IMG/VR virus record: IMGVR_UViG_3300034283_000651
Span: 1-26,450 of that record
DNA from: a virus
Taxonomy: Duplodnaviria > Caudoviricetes
Strand: one strand, 5' to 3'
Length of the DNA: 26,450 bases
Shown: positions 8,507 through 17,959 of the stretch, piece after piece
How the letters are laid out: each line of letters starts with the position of its first letter
How positions within the stretch are numbered: the first letter of the stretch is position 1
Notes under the pieces: generated by a model
What the model saw: only the letters and a program-made list of their open reading frames with translations
Told to the model about the DNA's origin: nothing
Databases searched by the model: none
Made by a program: the position numbers and the translations under genes

Positions 8507-10212
8507 TGCGACACTTTTTAAATGATATTGAAATCGCACCGCGCAATTTGCTTGACATTGGTGTTGTTTCTGACTTTACAAATCGACCTGACGAACTTTC
8601 ATTGAACGTTGACAAATTAATTTTACCGCGTGAGGCGTTGGACATTATTCAAAACCATTTACAAACGCAAGGTGTCTTTGAAGGTATTCCTTACCGCGTT
8701 GAAATGGCGCAAGGCGTTGTTCTTCAGTATTACGTTGATTTAACTGAAAATGCAATATTTCGTGACTTTGAAATAGAAGTGACTATTAAAAGACGGATCG
8801 CAAAGGATTCATTCTTTGACCAAGCTGACGGAACTTCATTTGAATTACTTGCCGCAAAAGGTGTTCAGTTTCAATTTATCGACGTTCCTTTTTTAATTGT
8901 TCGTGACAACCTTGAAGAATCATTTGTTCAGTTGGCAATTTCGACGTATGTCATGACTAAAGAATTGATTCAAGCTGCAAAAGATTTAGGAACAGCAATA
9001 ACAGATTTTATTCAAGCAACGGTTGGTTCGCCAATACCGCCTTTAGGTGCTATTATTTCACTCGGAATTAAAGTAATTATTCAAGCCGCTTACACCGCCG
9101 CCGTATTAATTGCCGTTGGTGAACTTGCGACACAATTGATTCAGGTTTATTTTCCAAACGTTCGATATTTGAAAGCGTGTAAAGTCAAAGAACTTATTTC
9201 AAAAGGCTGTCAATATTTAGGTTATCAATTCCAGTCAAATTTGCTTGACAATTTTTCAGGCGCAACGATTTTGCCAGTTCCATTGACAAAAGAAAAGGTT
9301 TCAATCTTTGACAATCTTTCAAATTCATTAAGCGGTACAGCTTTTACAAAAGGTTATCCGACAGCGCAAGACAGCACACCGACACTTGGTTCATTAATTT
9401 CAGCAATTGAAACGCAATGCAACGCTGAAACAAAAGTTGTGAACGGAATTGTTCAACTTGAACGCCGCGATTACTGGCAAAACTTGACACCAAACGCAAT
9501 CATTCCAGCTTTGGTCCTTCAAGCTGAACGTCAAGACGAATATACACTGAACACTTCCGACATTTGGAAACGATACTACATTCATTATCAATATGACTTG
9601 TCAGATATTCACACAATGGATTTCTTTGATCCAACTGACGCGGAATTTTCAACCGAACCAGCGAACGTTGTAAATGCTGACCTTGTTTCAATTAAAGGTT
9701 TACAAGACGTGAACATCCCTTTCGCTTTGGGTGTTCGAAAAAACAATCTAAATTTCATTGAAAAAACAGCAAAAGTTTTCTTTGTTATTATTGACGAGGT
9801 TTCGACTCTTTTCGGAAGCGGAACAAATTTTGCTGGAAGTATTGACGACAGAATCGGAATGTTACAAATCAGTCAACAATTCTTTACACAAACAAAATTT
9901 TTGTATTTAATTGGTAATAAACAACCAGCAAATTACACTTCATTTGTCAGCGCTTCGGCACTTTGGAACAAATTTCACTTCATTAATCAAATCCAATTGT
10001 ATCAATTTCAAGTTCGAAGTGACGTTCGAACGCGAATTTCAGAAAGCGATTTTGTAGATTTGTTAAATAATAACTACGCGACAATTAACGGCGTTCGTTG
10101 TGAAATTTTACGAATTGAATATATTGACGAAAAAAGTTATGCAACGATAAATTATCGACAACCTGACATTTACGCAACTGGTAAGGTCACAACACTAACG
10201 ATAAATGAATAA
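8506..10212 (+). CDS. Tail-tip/hub structural protein
   Basis: 568 aa, coupled to the tape-measure stop (TAATG), with an internal hydrophobic helical segment. Confidence 0.6.
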   Translation: MRHFLNDIEIAPRNLLDIGVVSDFTNRPDELSLNVDKLILPREALDIIQNHLQTQGVFEGIPYRVEMAQGVVLQYYVDLTENAIFRDFEIEVTIKRRIAKDSFFDQADGTSFELLAAKGVQFQFIDVPFLIVRDNLEESFVQLAISTYVMTKELIQAAKDLGTAITDFIQATVGSPIPPLGAIISLGIKVIIQAAYTAAVLIAVGELATQLIQVYFPNVRYLKACKVKELISKGCQYLGYQFQSNLLDNFSGATILPVPLTKEKVSIFDNLSNSLSGTAFTKGYPTAQDSTPTLGSLISAIETQCNAETKVVNGIVQLERRDYWQNLTPNAIIPALVLQAERQDEYTLNTSDIWKRYYIHYQYDLSDIHTMDFFDPTDAEFSTEPANVVNADLVSIKGLQDVNIPFALGVRKNNLNFIEKTAKVFFVIIDEVSTLFGSGTNFAGSIDDRIGMLQISQQFFTQTKFLYLIGNKQPANYTSFVSASALWNKFHFINQIQLYQFQVRSDVRTRISESDFVDLLNNNYATINGVRCEILRIEYIDEKSYATINYRQPDIYATGKVTTLTINE

Positions 10213-10438
10213 CCAAGCAAAAAATGCGCTGGAAACAGCCGAAGCACTTAAAAAGAACCTTGACAAGTTGTTAAAAATACAACGTCAAACGATTAATTCT
10301 TTGCCTGAAGCCGAACGCGCAAAGCTTCAGTTCGTGAACAGCGAAATCAATCAAATAATGAAAGCCGCGAAAGAAGGCGATTTTAATAAACTTCAAGAAA
10401 TTTCACAAAAATATGCCAGTTCAACTGATAAAAACTGA
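10205..10438 (+). CDS. Small coiled-coil hypothetical protein
   Basis: 77-aa helical ORF overlapping both neighbours. Confidence 0.7.
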   Translation: MNNQAKNALETAEALKKNLDKLLKIQRQTINSLPEAERAKLQFVNSEINQIMKAAKEGDFNKLQEISQKYASSTDKN

Positions 10439-12680
10439 ATTTTACGATAACTTCGGCAATGGTCCTTTTACGTCGTATGTTTCAAATGCTGGTGACCAGT
10501 TCAGCGTTGTTCACACCTTGCACACGAATATTCGAATATCGAGTTTAACAAATCCATTGTTTCTCGATCCGTCAATTAATACAATTCAAAGTTCTTCGAT
10601 TTCATGGTTAACTGAAGGTTTTCGAGTTGACGATTTAGTTCGATTGACAATTTATGAATCAACTGGAACAATCGCCCACCAATGGACAACGGCTGTCACT
10701 TACGTTGACGATTTCATTCTTGACGTGAATTCCGTTCCTTATTGGTACAATTTAACCGCTGGTGAATTTATTGTTATTGAAGTAACGAATAGAAACCGCG
10801 ACGACCTTGACGTTTTATTTAACCATGTTCAAAACGCAACGACTGGAAATCAATTTTCGATTATTGACGGCGAAGCAACACGCGCGGTTTTCGTTGGTGT
10901 TGACGCTTTAGCCGTTAGCGCTAATTTACTTGGTTCGTTGGTTGGCAATCAGTCAGGTCAATTTCTTATTTCGGTTGAACTTGAACGACTTGCAAATCCG
11001 TTGACATATCAAAAAGCTTACGAAATAACGATTCAATTTGTTAATTCGGGAATATATTCACAAAGTTCATTTGACACGTCAGGCTGTCTTAAAACATACA
11101 CGCAAATACTTTGGTCCGCTTCAACTGGTGAACTTTCAAATCGTTTTTCTTTGGTCATTAATCCTGACGCAAATACTGGCTGGTTTAATCAACCGAACAA
11201 CACTTCAATTTTAGATTCTTCGCTTGTTCAAGGTATTTCAGAAATGGATTATTGCACAACAAAGCGTTACAAAGTTATCGTTGACGGACCTTTAACAGAT
11301 TTATCAATCGGTTCAGCTTACGTTTCACTTGACGAAACTTATTACAAAAACCAGCTTTCAAGTCAAAATAATTTGACAATGATTGTGCCGTCTGAAGACA
11401 TTCTTTCAGGTGATAAAACAAGTTACTCAAACAACAGCGGCGCACAATACGAAATTCAAAACATAACAATTGTAACGGCTGGAACTGAACACACAATCGA
11501 ATTCGATTTTGTGCCAAATGCACAATTCGACGCGTTTATGTCAGCGCGTGAAGTTGGCGACAGATTGTTTTATTTGTGGATAAAATGCGGCAATAGCAAT
11601 TTACTTGCATACGCTGACCAATTAACTTGTGAACCGCCAGTCGGTGCGCCTTTGTCAATGATTGATAAAACAGCTTATTTTGACCATTCAGAAAATATAA
11701 CAAGTCAAAGCGGCGTTCAAGAACAATTTGAATTTAATACTGAAGACGACCTTTCGTTTTATGGCACTTTCTTGTTGACAAAAGGCAATATTTACCAAAG
11801 CGTTCAAGCTGTCATTGAAGCTTACAATTCGACAACTGAAGACGCGTTTACTCTTTTGGAAGTAAACTTTAATTTTTCAGCGGCGCAAATTTCAGGCGAC
11901 GGAAGGTATTTGTTAAACGAAACGCAAAACGTTATTTCTTCATTACCGAACACTTCAGTAAAAAGAAACGCAACGCTTCAACTTGCGCCTTCGCTTGACA
12001 CAATGACCGATTACGGCGTTTCGGTTTATTTACCTTTTCTTTTGCGTTGGGAATATTGGTTGCAACAATTAAACGCCTCAACTGATTTTTACCCAAATCA
12101 AAATAAAAACTGGACACCTTACGACAATACTGGTGACTGGTCAACACGTCTTCGAATTACTTTAACTGACGATTTAACACATGACTTTGTTGAAGAAATA
12201 ACAATTAAAGATTACGACAGCGAACCAATAATTGACCAAACAATTGAACTTTACGTTGATTCAACAAACCAAAACGTTGGAATAGTTACCGAAGGTCAAT
12301 TAATGCGAGTTGTTGCGACACACACGCTTAACAACGCGACAGCTTGGAATCAATCGGAAATTTGGGGAATGATTACAATTGAACCTTTTGAAAGCGGTCA
12401 ACGTTGGATTCTTTCGTCGGTTGTTCCTTACGATAACAACGTAAATAACCCGCTTTATCCGTTGTCAGGTTCATTGATAAATATCAGTTATCCAACTAAT
12501 AACGTTGCGGTAATGGAATGTTTTTTTGATCCAACACGAATAAATTTAGAAAATGGTGTTAAATTTACTACAAAAATAAAAGGTTGCAACGACGCGCCTT
12601 TTATTATAATTGAAAAAACGACGACTGACGGCGACACAAAAACGACGACTGACGGCGACATTAAAACTTTAGCTTTGTAA
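10413..12680 (+). CDS. Large acidic beta-rich virion (tail-tip/baseplate) protein with C-terminal KTTTDG repeat
   Basis: 755 aa in the tail module, ending EKTTTDGDTKTTTDGDIKTLAL. Confidence 0.6.
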   Translation: MPVQLIKTEFYDNFGNGPFTSYVSNAGDQFSVVHTLHTNIRISSLTNPLFLDPSINTIQSSSISWLTEGFRVDDLVRLTIYESTGTIAHQWTTAVTYVDDFILDVNSVPYWYNLTAGEFIVIEVTNRNRDDLDVLFNHVQNATTGNQFSIIDGEATRAVFVGVDALAVSANLLGSLVGNQSGQFLISVELERLANPLTYQKAYEITIQFVNSGIYSQSSFDTSGCLKTYTQILWSASTGELSNRFSLVINPDANTGWFNQPNNTSILDSSLVQGISEMDYCTTKRYKVIVDGPLTDLSIGSAYVSLDETYYKNQLSSQNNLTMIVPSEDILSGDKTSYSNNSGAQYEIQNITIVTAGTEHTIEFDFVPNAQFDAFMSAREVGDRLFYLWIKCGNSNLLAYADQLTCEPPVGAPLSMIDKTAYFDHSENITSQSGVQEQFEFNTEDDLSFYGTFLLTKGNIYQSVQAVIEAYNSTTEDAFTLLEVNFNFSAAQISGDGRYLLNETQNVISSLPNTSVKRNATLQLAPSLDTMTDYGVSVYLPFLLRWEYWLQQLNASTDFYPNQNKNWTPYDNTGDWSTRLRITLTDDLTHDFVEEITIKDYDSEPIIDQTIELYVDSTNQNVGIVTEGQLMRVVATHTLNNATAWNQSEIWGMITIEPFESGQRWILSSVVPYDNNVNNPLYPLSGSLINISYPTNNVAVMECFFDPTRINLENGVKFTTKIKGCNDAPFIIIEKTTTDGDTKTTTDGDIKTLAL
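12614..12660 (+). repeat. 24-nt-period tandem duplication
   Basis: AAAAACGACGACTGACGGCGACA at 12614-12636 and 12638-12660; encodes KTTTDGD twice. Confidence 0.9.
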
Positions 12681-12681
12681 A

Positions 12682-12966
12682 ATGGAGAATGATTTAAGAA
12701 TTATTTCGGGCGGTGCTGGTTCATTTGTTTTAAATGACACGTCTGAATTTACTGGAAACTTTGACGCAATTGTTGTTCTTGAAGACACAATTATTGATTC
12801 AATAAAAATTGACGAAGTTGACGTAACTTCAGAATACATTTCAAACGCTTCAACGGCTGTTAAACTTGGTGCTATTATTCGACCAAAGAACCCGAATTCG
12901 TTCGATGTTCCGAACAAATTTAGTTCGGTTCAATTGTCTTCAGGTAGCGTTGTAATAGTTTTGTAA
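12682..12966 (+). CDS. Small beta-sandwich virion protein (possible fibre adaptor)
   Basis: 94 aa, alternating hydrophobic strands, ending FSSVQLSSGSVVIVL. Confidence 0.65.
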   Translation: MENDLRIISGGAGSFVLNDTSEFTGNFDAIVVLEDTIIDSIKIDEVDVTSEYISNASTAVKLGAIIRPKNPNSFDVPNKFSSVQLSSGSVVIVL

Positions 12967-12967
12967 T

Positions 12968-13114
12968 ATGTTTGGATTTTTTTACTCGGTTTTATATCCA
13001 ATTAAGTTTTTCGGCGGCGGTTCGACACCAGTCAATCCATTTGCCAAAACAACAACAACTGGTGAAAACAAAACCACAACTGACGGAATATTAAAAACAA
13101 GAACTTTAATTTAA
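12968..13114 (+). CDS. 48-aa micro-protein with aromatic N-terminus and KTTT(T/D)G repeats (not in ORF track)
   Basis: MFGFFYSVLYPIKFFGGGSTPVNPFAKTTTTGENKTTTDGILKTRTLI*; fills the gap exactly and shares a motif with the 755-aa protein. Confidence 0.75.
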   Translation: MFGFFYSVLYPIKFFGGGSTPVNPFAKTTTTGENKTTTDGILKTRTLI

Positions 13115-13120
13115 AAAAAA

Positions 13121-15385
13121 ATGGAAATTAACCAATACCCCCTCGAAAGTTTCGCGTTTCAAGACGAAGATTTTTATGACATTGATTTTTGGACTGGAAG
13201 CGGTTATCAAACGAAAAAAATACTTGGTTCAGTTATCAAAGCTGGAATTTTAGCGGCTGTTGAAAACATTTACAACGCTGACGGAAGTTTGAACGGAAAC
13301 AGAAGCGTTGATTTAGACGGAAATATTATTTCTTTTAATTCAATAAATGCTGGTGAATTTAACGCGCTTATTTCTGATTCAACAACTTCAACAAGTACGT
13401 TTAATCAAAGTATAGCACAAATTTATTTGTCTATTGTGGATATTTTGTCGCCTGACAAAGACGTTCAATTTGACATTAATACCACTAACACACAATTGGT
13501 ATTAAACGACGGATTAAATTCAACTTCGCTTCAAATAACAAACGTCGGTTCGGCTTTAAATTTTACTGATGGAATAACAAATTACCGAGTTGAAGCAAAT
13601 GAAAACGGCGTTATCATAAATACTTCGTACACATTACCAAATACCGACGGAACAGCTGGTCAAGTTTTAACAACTGACGGCGCTGGTGTCACTTCATGGC
13701 AAGACGGCGTAACGACGATTGTTTCTTGGGGTGACATTGTTGGAACACTTGCGGACCAAACTGACCTTCAAGCGGCACTTGACGCAAAATTAAATGATCC
13801 TGAAGGTATCGCGTCACAATACATTCGAGGCGACGGAACACTTGCTGACTTTCCAACTTTAACTGGTGGCGGTTCGGCTGTTTCACTTTATTTGAATGGC
13901 GGCGTTTCACAAGGCACAATTTTAGGCGGTCAATATTATCAACTTTCTAATATTGCAAATCTTGGACCGAGCGCTGACTTTATTCTAAATGCTGACGGAT
14001 TGATTGCACAATTCATTACTGACGTCAATGAACCGAATGTTATTAATATTCCAGCAGGAAACTGGCATACTGAATTTTATTTTAGCGCGTCTTCGGGCGG
14101 CGGTGTTCCGAACTTTTATTGTGAAATTTACAAATACGACGGAACAGCTTTCACGCTTCTTGGTAGCAATTCAACAAACCCGGAAAACATTGTTGGTTCG
14201 GCTGTTGATTTATATTATACCGCTGTTGCAATTCCTGAAACAACTTTAACACCAACGGACAGAATCGCAATTCGTGTTTTTATTTCACACGCTGGTCGAA
14301 CGATAACGTTACACACGCAAGACAATAACCTTTCTGAAGTTATAACAACAATTTCAACTGGTTTAACGGCTTTGAATGGTTTAACTGACCAAGTTCAATA
14401 TTTTCAAACTGGAACTTCAGGAACAAATTTCAATATCAGTTCTTCAGGTGACACGCATACGTTCAATGTTCCAACAGCTTCAGCGGCAAATACTGGAAAA
14501 TTAAGTAATTCAGACTGGTCAAATTTTGACGGAAAACAAGAACCAATTACTTTAACGACAACTGGAACTTCAGGCGCGGCAACTTTTGACGGAACGACGT
14601 TGAATGTACCTAACTATTCAACAACTGACACGAATATTTACAATACAAACGGAACGCTAACAGCAGACAGAACCGTCACAATGGATAATTTTTCATTGAC
14701 TTTTGACGGACTTGCTGGTGCTAACGGTACACAATTGAATTTAACAGCACCAAACCCAAACAGAAGCAAGGCGCTCAACTTTAAAGTAGGAACTCAACTT
14801 CGTTGGAAGCAACAAGTTTTAGGTTCTGAAATAGGCGGCGACAATGGAAGTCAGTTGTCAATGTCTTATTACGACGACGCTGGTGTTTTAAAAGGAACGG
14901 CATTTTCAATTTCAAGAACAAACGGCGCATTTAGATTAAACAACGCGTATAGTTTGCCAACGTCAGGTGGAACAACTGGACAAGTTCTAACAAGCACAAC
15001 TTTAGGTTTAACTGAATTTCAAGCATTGCCAGTTGAAATTCAAGCGGCGGCTTCAGACGAAACAACCAATTTAACTATTGGAACTTCAAAAGTTACTTTT
15101 CGTATGCCTCACGCGATGACATTGACGGCTGTTCGCGCTTCATTGTCAACGGCACAAGCCGCTGGTACTATTTTCACAATTGATATTAATCAAAACGGCG
15201 TTTCAGTTTTAGGTACTAAATTAACAATTGACAACAATGAAAAGACAAGTACAACCGCCGCAACACCAGCGACGATTGTTACAAGTTCTTTAACTGACGA
15301 CGCTGAAATAACTATTGACATTGACCAAGTTGGTACAGCTTTGGCAAAAGGTTTAAAAATTACTTTAATTGGAACAAGAGCATGA
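13121..15385 (+). CDS. Tail fibre protein, mosaic
   Basis: 754 aa, T/G/N-rich. Fibre motifs YTLPNTDGTAGQVLTTDG, WGDIVGTLADQTDLQAALDAK and SQYIRGDG; C-terminal beta-sandwich (SDETT...VTFRMP...IDIDQVG...GLKITLIG). Confidence 0.8.
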   Translation: MEINQYPLESFAFQDEDFYDIDFWTGSGYQTKKILGSVIKAGILAAVENIYNADGSLNGNRSVDLDGNIISFNSINAGEFNALISDSTTSTSTFNQSIAQIYLSIVDILSPDKDVQFDINTTNTQLVLNDGLNSTSLQITNVGSALNFTDGITNYRVEANENGVIINTSYTLPNTDGTAGQVLTTDGAGVTSWQDGVTTIVSWGDIVGTLADQTDLQAALDAKLNDPEGIASQYIRGDGTLADFPTLTGGGSAVSLYLNGGVSQGTILGGQYYQLSNIANLGPSADFILNADGLIAQFITDVNEPNVINIPAGNWHTEFYFSASSGGGVPNFYCEIYKYDGTAFTLLGSNSTNPENIVGSAVDLYYTAVAIPETTLTPTDRIAIRVFISHAGRTITLHTQDNNLSEVITTISTGLTALNGLTDQVQYFQTGTSGTNFNISSSGDTHTFNVPTASAANTGKLSNSDWSNFDGKQEPITLTTTGTSGAATFDGTTLNVPNYSTTDTNIYNTNGTLTADRTVTMDNFSLTFDGLAGANGTQLNLTAPNPNRSKALNFKVGTQLRWKQQVLGSEIGGDNGSQLSMSYYDDAGVLKGTAFSISRTNGAFRLNNAYSLPTSGGTTGQVLTSTTLGLTEFQALPVEIQAAASDETTNLTIGTSKVTFRMPHAMTLTAVRASLSTAQAAGTIFTIDINQNGVSVLGTKLTIDNNEKTSTTAATPATIVTSSLTDDAEITIDIDQVGTALAKGLKITLIGTRA

Positions 15386-15969
15386 TAATTAATCCTTATG
15401 TTTTTCAAGGTTCGTCGTGTGCGACACCAATTACGAATGGTTCTTCGTTGATTGCAAACGGAACAAATAACGTTTTCGAAGCACCAGTTTACGGATTTTA
15501 CGATTTTACTTGGTCATCTTTTATTTATACGGCTGGTTTAATAGGTGCGGCGCGTCAAATTAGAGGTATCGAAGTTCAATTAGGCGGTTACACAACGCCT
15601 TACACGTTTAACAATCAAACCATAAAAATGGCGCATTTAGCACCAGCGACGACACAATTCGACAACGCACCAGCGATTGATTGGTCAGATATGCCAGTTT
15701 CAGACGTGACTATTGTAAAAAGTTTCAATTGGATCATTTCAGCGAATGGTTTTGTTCAAATTTTATTTGACACTAATTTTTGTTATAATGGAACTTCGAA
15801 TTTGATTATTGGTTGGGAAAATCGCGACGGAAGCTGGACTTCGGGTTATGGTTGGGGTGAATCACTTTCTTCATTAAATTCGGGTGCGATAGCTGGACAA
15901 GACAATAGTTATCCGACTGGAAACGGAACACGAATAAGTCAAAGAATGAATTTAAGAATTTTATATTAA
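15382..15969 (+). CDS. Putative receptor-binding / fibre-tip protein
   Basis: Coupled to the fibre gene (ATGA). N-terminal MIINPYVF peptide followed by an aromatic-rich beta domain. Confidence 0.55.
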   Translation: MIINPYVFQGSSCATPITNGSSLIANGTNNVFEAPVYGFYDFTWSSFIYTAGLIGAARQIRGIEVQLGGYTTPYTFNNQTIKMAHLAPATTQFDNAPAIDWSDMPVSDVTIVKSFNWIISANGFVQILFDTNFCYNGTSNLIIGWENRDGSWTSGYGWGESLSSLNSGAIAGQDNSYPTGNGTRISQRMNLRILY

Positions 15970-15973
15970 AACA

Positions 15974-16204
15974 ATGGTTGACAGAGAAGCATTAATTACT
16001 GATTTAGAAAATTTCGGAAACGTTGTTTTTTGTGACCAAAATAACGAAATTTCGTATTTGGTTGTAATGTCAGACTGGACAGAAAACGAAGCTACATTCG
16101 AAGCAATAGCGAATATTTATATTGTTCCTGATTTCCCTTATTTATCAAATTTGACACTTGTTAATGGTGTTTTAAAAGCACAATATAATTCAGAAACACT
16201 TTAA
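15974..16204 (+). CDS. Small acidic hypothetical protein (possible fibre chaperone)
   Basis: 76-aa ORF packed tightly after the tip protein. Confidence 0.6.
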   Translation: MVDREALITDLENFGNVVFCDQNNEISYLVVMSDWTENEATFEAIANIYIVPDFPYLSNLTLVNGVLKAQYNSETL

Positions 16205-16207
16205 AAA

Positions 16208-17383
16208 ATGGCGTGTGATTGTATAAAAGTAACTTTTCGCGAAAGCGGTGGATCGACACAAGTTTATGAATTAACGCCAGTCGGTGAATATTTAGGTATT
16301 AATTACTTTGAATTTCCTTATTTTGGAAGTGGTGGCGGTATTATAACAATTTGGTTTACATCTTCGTCGGGTGGCGGTTGGATTGCTACAATTGACGGCG
16401 TTGGCGCTGAAACTGGTGTTGTTGCAACAGCTGAAGCAATAATTAAACCGCCTTGTCCAATAGAAATTTGGACAATTATTTCACCAAAGATTGAAGAATT
16501 TCTTGTTGAAGAATGTTCCGAAGGTTGCACACCAGTTGAAGACAGAATTTTTAGACAATACGATTCAATTCGTTTGCCGCGAGTTTTTGAAGAAGAAGAC
16601 CGCGGTTTTGCGCGTTGCTGTTGTGTTGTTCCAGTTCTTGCGTCAAGTTCTTCTGACACTTGGAAAAACGATAAAACTTCAGCATGGATCAAATTGTCTT
16701 CACTTACTGACATTGCCGAAGCTAAACTTTACAAAGACGGAATTGAAACAGCTTATTCACCGACGGCGGTTTCATTTGTGAATGAACCTTTTGCTTTTTA
16801 CTGGACAATTAACTGGAACGACGTATTAAATTCTGACGGCGCTGGTTGCTATACTCTAAAAATTAGTTATGACATTTCAGGCGTTGAACTTACGTTTACT
16901 TGGGGAATTTATGACCTGAAACCATTCACAACAGAAACGGCAAACTTTACAGCGCGAGTTCGAGCAATTTATAACGATTACAACGAGGTCGAACAAATTG
17001 ATTTCACAAATTCAATGGTTGAAGATAGTTGCCGTTTCAACGGCTTTATTGGTAATCGACAACCGAATATGTCAACTGATAATTTGATTTATCAAAACCG
17101 CGAAATGAAGAAAGTAATTCGTGAAAATTTGAATACTTACGAAATTATAACTGATCCAACTTGCGAAGGAATCATTCGAAAATTGACTGACAACTTGCTT
17201 TTAAGTGAAAATGATTTATTTTTGTCTGATTATAACGCGCACAACCATTCGTATCGTTTCAACGACCTTCCAGCAATAGTTGAAAGTTCACCTGAAATAA
17301 CATATTACGAAGGCTCACGCGAAGCAAGTTTAAAGTGTGTCGCTGGTGACAAATTTAAAGACCAACGAACTTATTATAAATAA
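16208..17383 (+). CDS. Cys-rich hypothetical virion protein
   Basis: 391 aa, beta-rich, last gene before the lysis cassette. Confidence 0.6.
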   Translation: MACDCIKVTFRESGGSTQVYELTPVGEYLGINYFEFPYFGSGGGIITIWFTSSSGGGWIATIDGVGAETGVVATAEAIIKPPCPIEIWTIISPKIEEFLVEECSEGCTPVEDRIFRQYDSIRLPRVFEEEDRGFARCCCVVPVLASSSSDTWKNDKTSAWIKLSSLTDIAEAKLYKDGIETAYSPTAVSFVNEPFAFYWTINWNDVLNSDGAGCYTLKISYDISGVELTFTWGIYDLKPFTTETANFTARVRAIYNDYNEVEQIDFTNSMVEDSCRFNGFIGNRQPNMSTDNLIYQNREMKKVIRENLNTYEIITDPTCEGIIRKLTDNLLLSENDLFLSDYNAHNHSYRFNDLPAIVESSPEITYYEGSREASLKCVAGDKFKDQRTYYK

Positions 17384-17391
17384 TTTGACGA

Positions 17392-17679
17392 ATGGACCAG
17401 TTAATTATTCCAATTTTTTCGATTGTTTTTTCAATAATCGGTTATTTTTTAAAGCAAGTTCACAGCGATTTAAAAAAGGTTCGTGAAGACATTCAGAAAG
17501 TAGTTACTGAAAACGGAAAAAATCGAGGTCGAATTGAACTTGTTGAACAAGAAAATCGATTGAAGCTTCAAAGAATTGAAGAATTAACACAAACTGAAAT
17601 TAAACATTTGGCTGAACAAGTGACTGAACTTACGCAACAAGTAAGGCGTTTGATTGACGAAACGACACGAAGACAATGA
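17392..17679 (+). CDS. Membrane-anchored coiled-coil protein (lysis accessory / holin-like)
   Basis: N-terminal hydrophobic helix LIIPIFSIVFSIIGYFL followed by a coiled coil. Confidence 0.65.
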   Translation: MDQLIIPIFSIVFSIIGYFLKQVHSDLKKVREDIQKVVTENGKNRGRIELVEQENRLKLQRIEELTQTEIKHLAEQVTELTQQVRRLIDETTRRQ

Positions 17680-17762
17680 AACTGAACAGCGAAGAATTTT
17701 TATTGTTTATACTAAGTTTATTTGTAACCGCATTTATTATTTATCAATTATGCTTGAATTAA
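17676..17762 (+). CDS. 28-aa single-TM micro-protein (not in ORF track)
   Basis: MKLNSEEFLLFILSLFVTAFIIYQLCLN*; ATGA overlap with the upstream stop, and overlaps the holin start. Confidence 0.55.
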   Translation: MKLNSEEFLLFILSLFVTAFIIYQLCLN

Positions 17763-17959
17763 AAGAACGCTGGAACGGAAAAACACCAAAATTTTGGAAA
17801 AAAATTCAAAGAATCGGTGTTGCTTGTGGTATTGTTGGCGCGGCAATTGTCAGCGCACCAATTGCGTTACCAGCCGCGATTGTTTCAGTTAGCGGTTATT
17901 TAATTGTCGCTGGATCGTTGACAGCCGCACTTTCACAATTAACAAAGGAAGACAAATGA
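17750..17959 (+). CDS. Probable holin (two TM segments)
   Basis: MLELKERWNGKTPKFWKK basic N-terminus, two hydrophobic segments, coupled to the endolysin. ATG 17750 is preferred over the TTG at 17654. Confidence 0.7.
   Translation: MLELKERWNGKTPKFWKKIQRIGVACGIVGAAIVSAPIALPAAIVSVSGYLIVAGSLTAALSQLTKEDK

Noticed and set aside
13121-16204. Diversity-generating retroelement or invertible fibre cassette
   Set aside because: No reverse transcriptase, invertase, template/variable repeat pair or flanking inverted repeats seen in this window.
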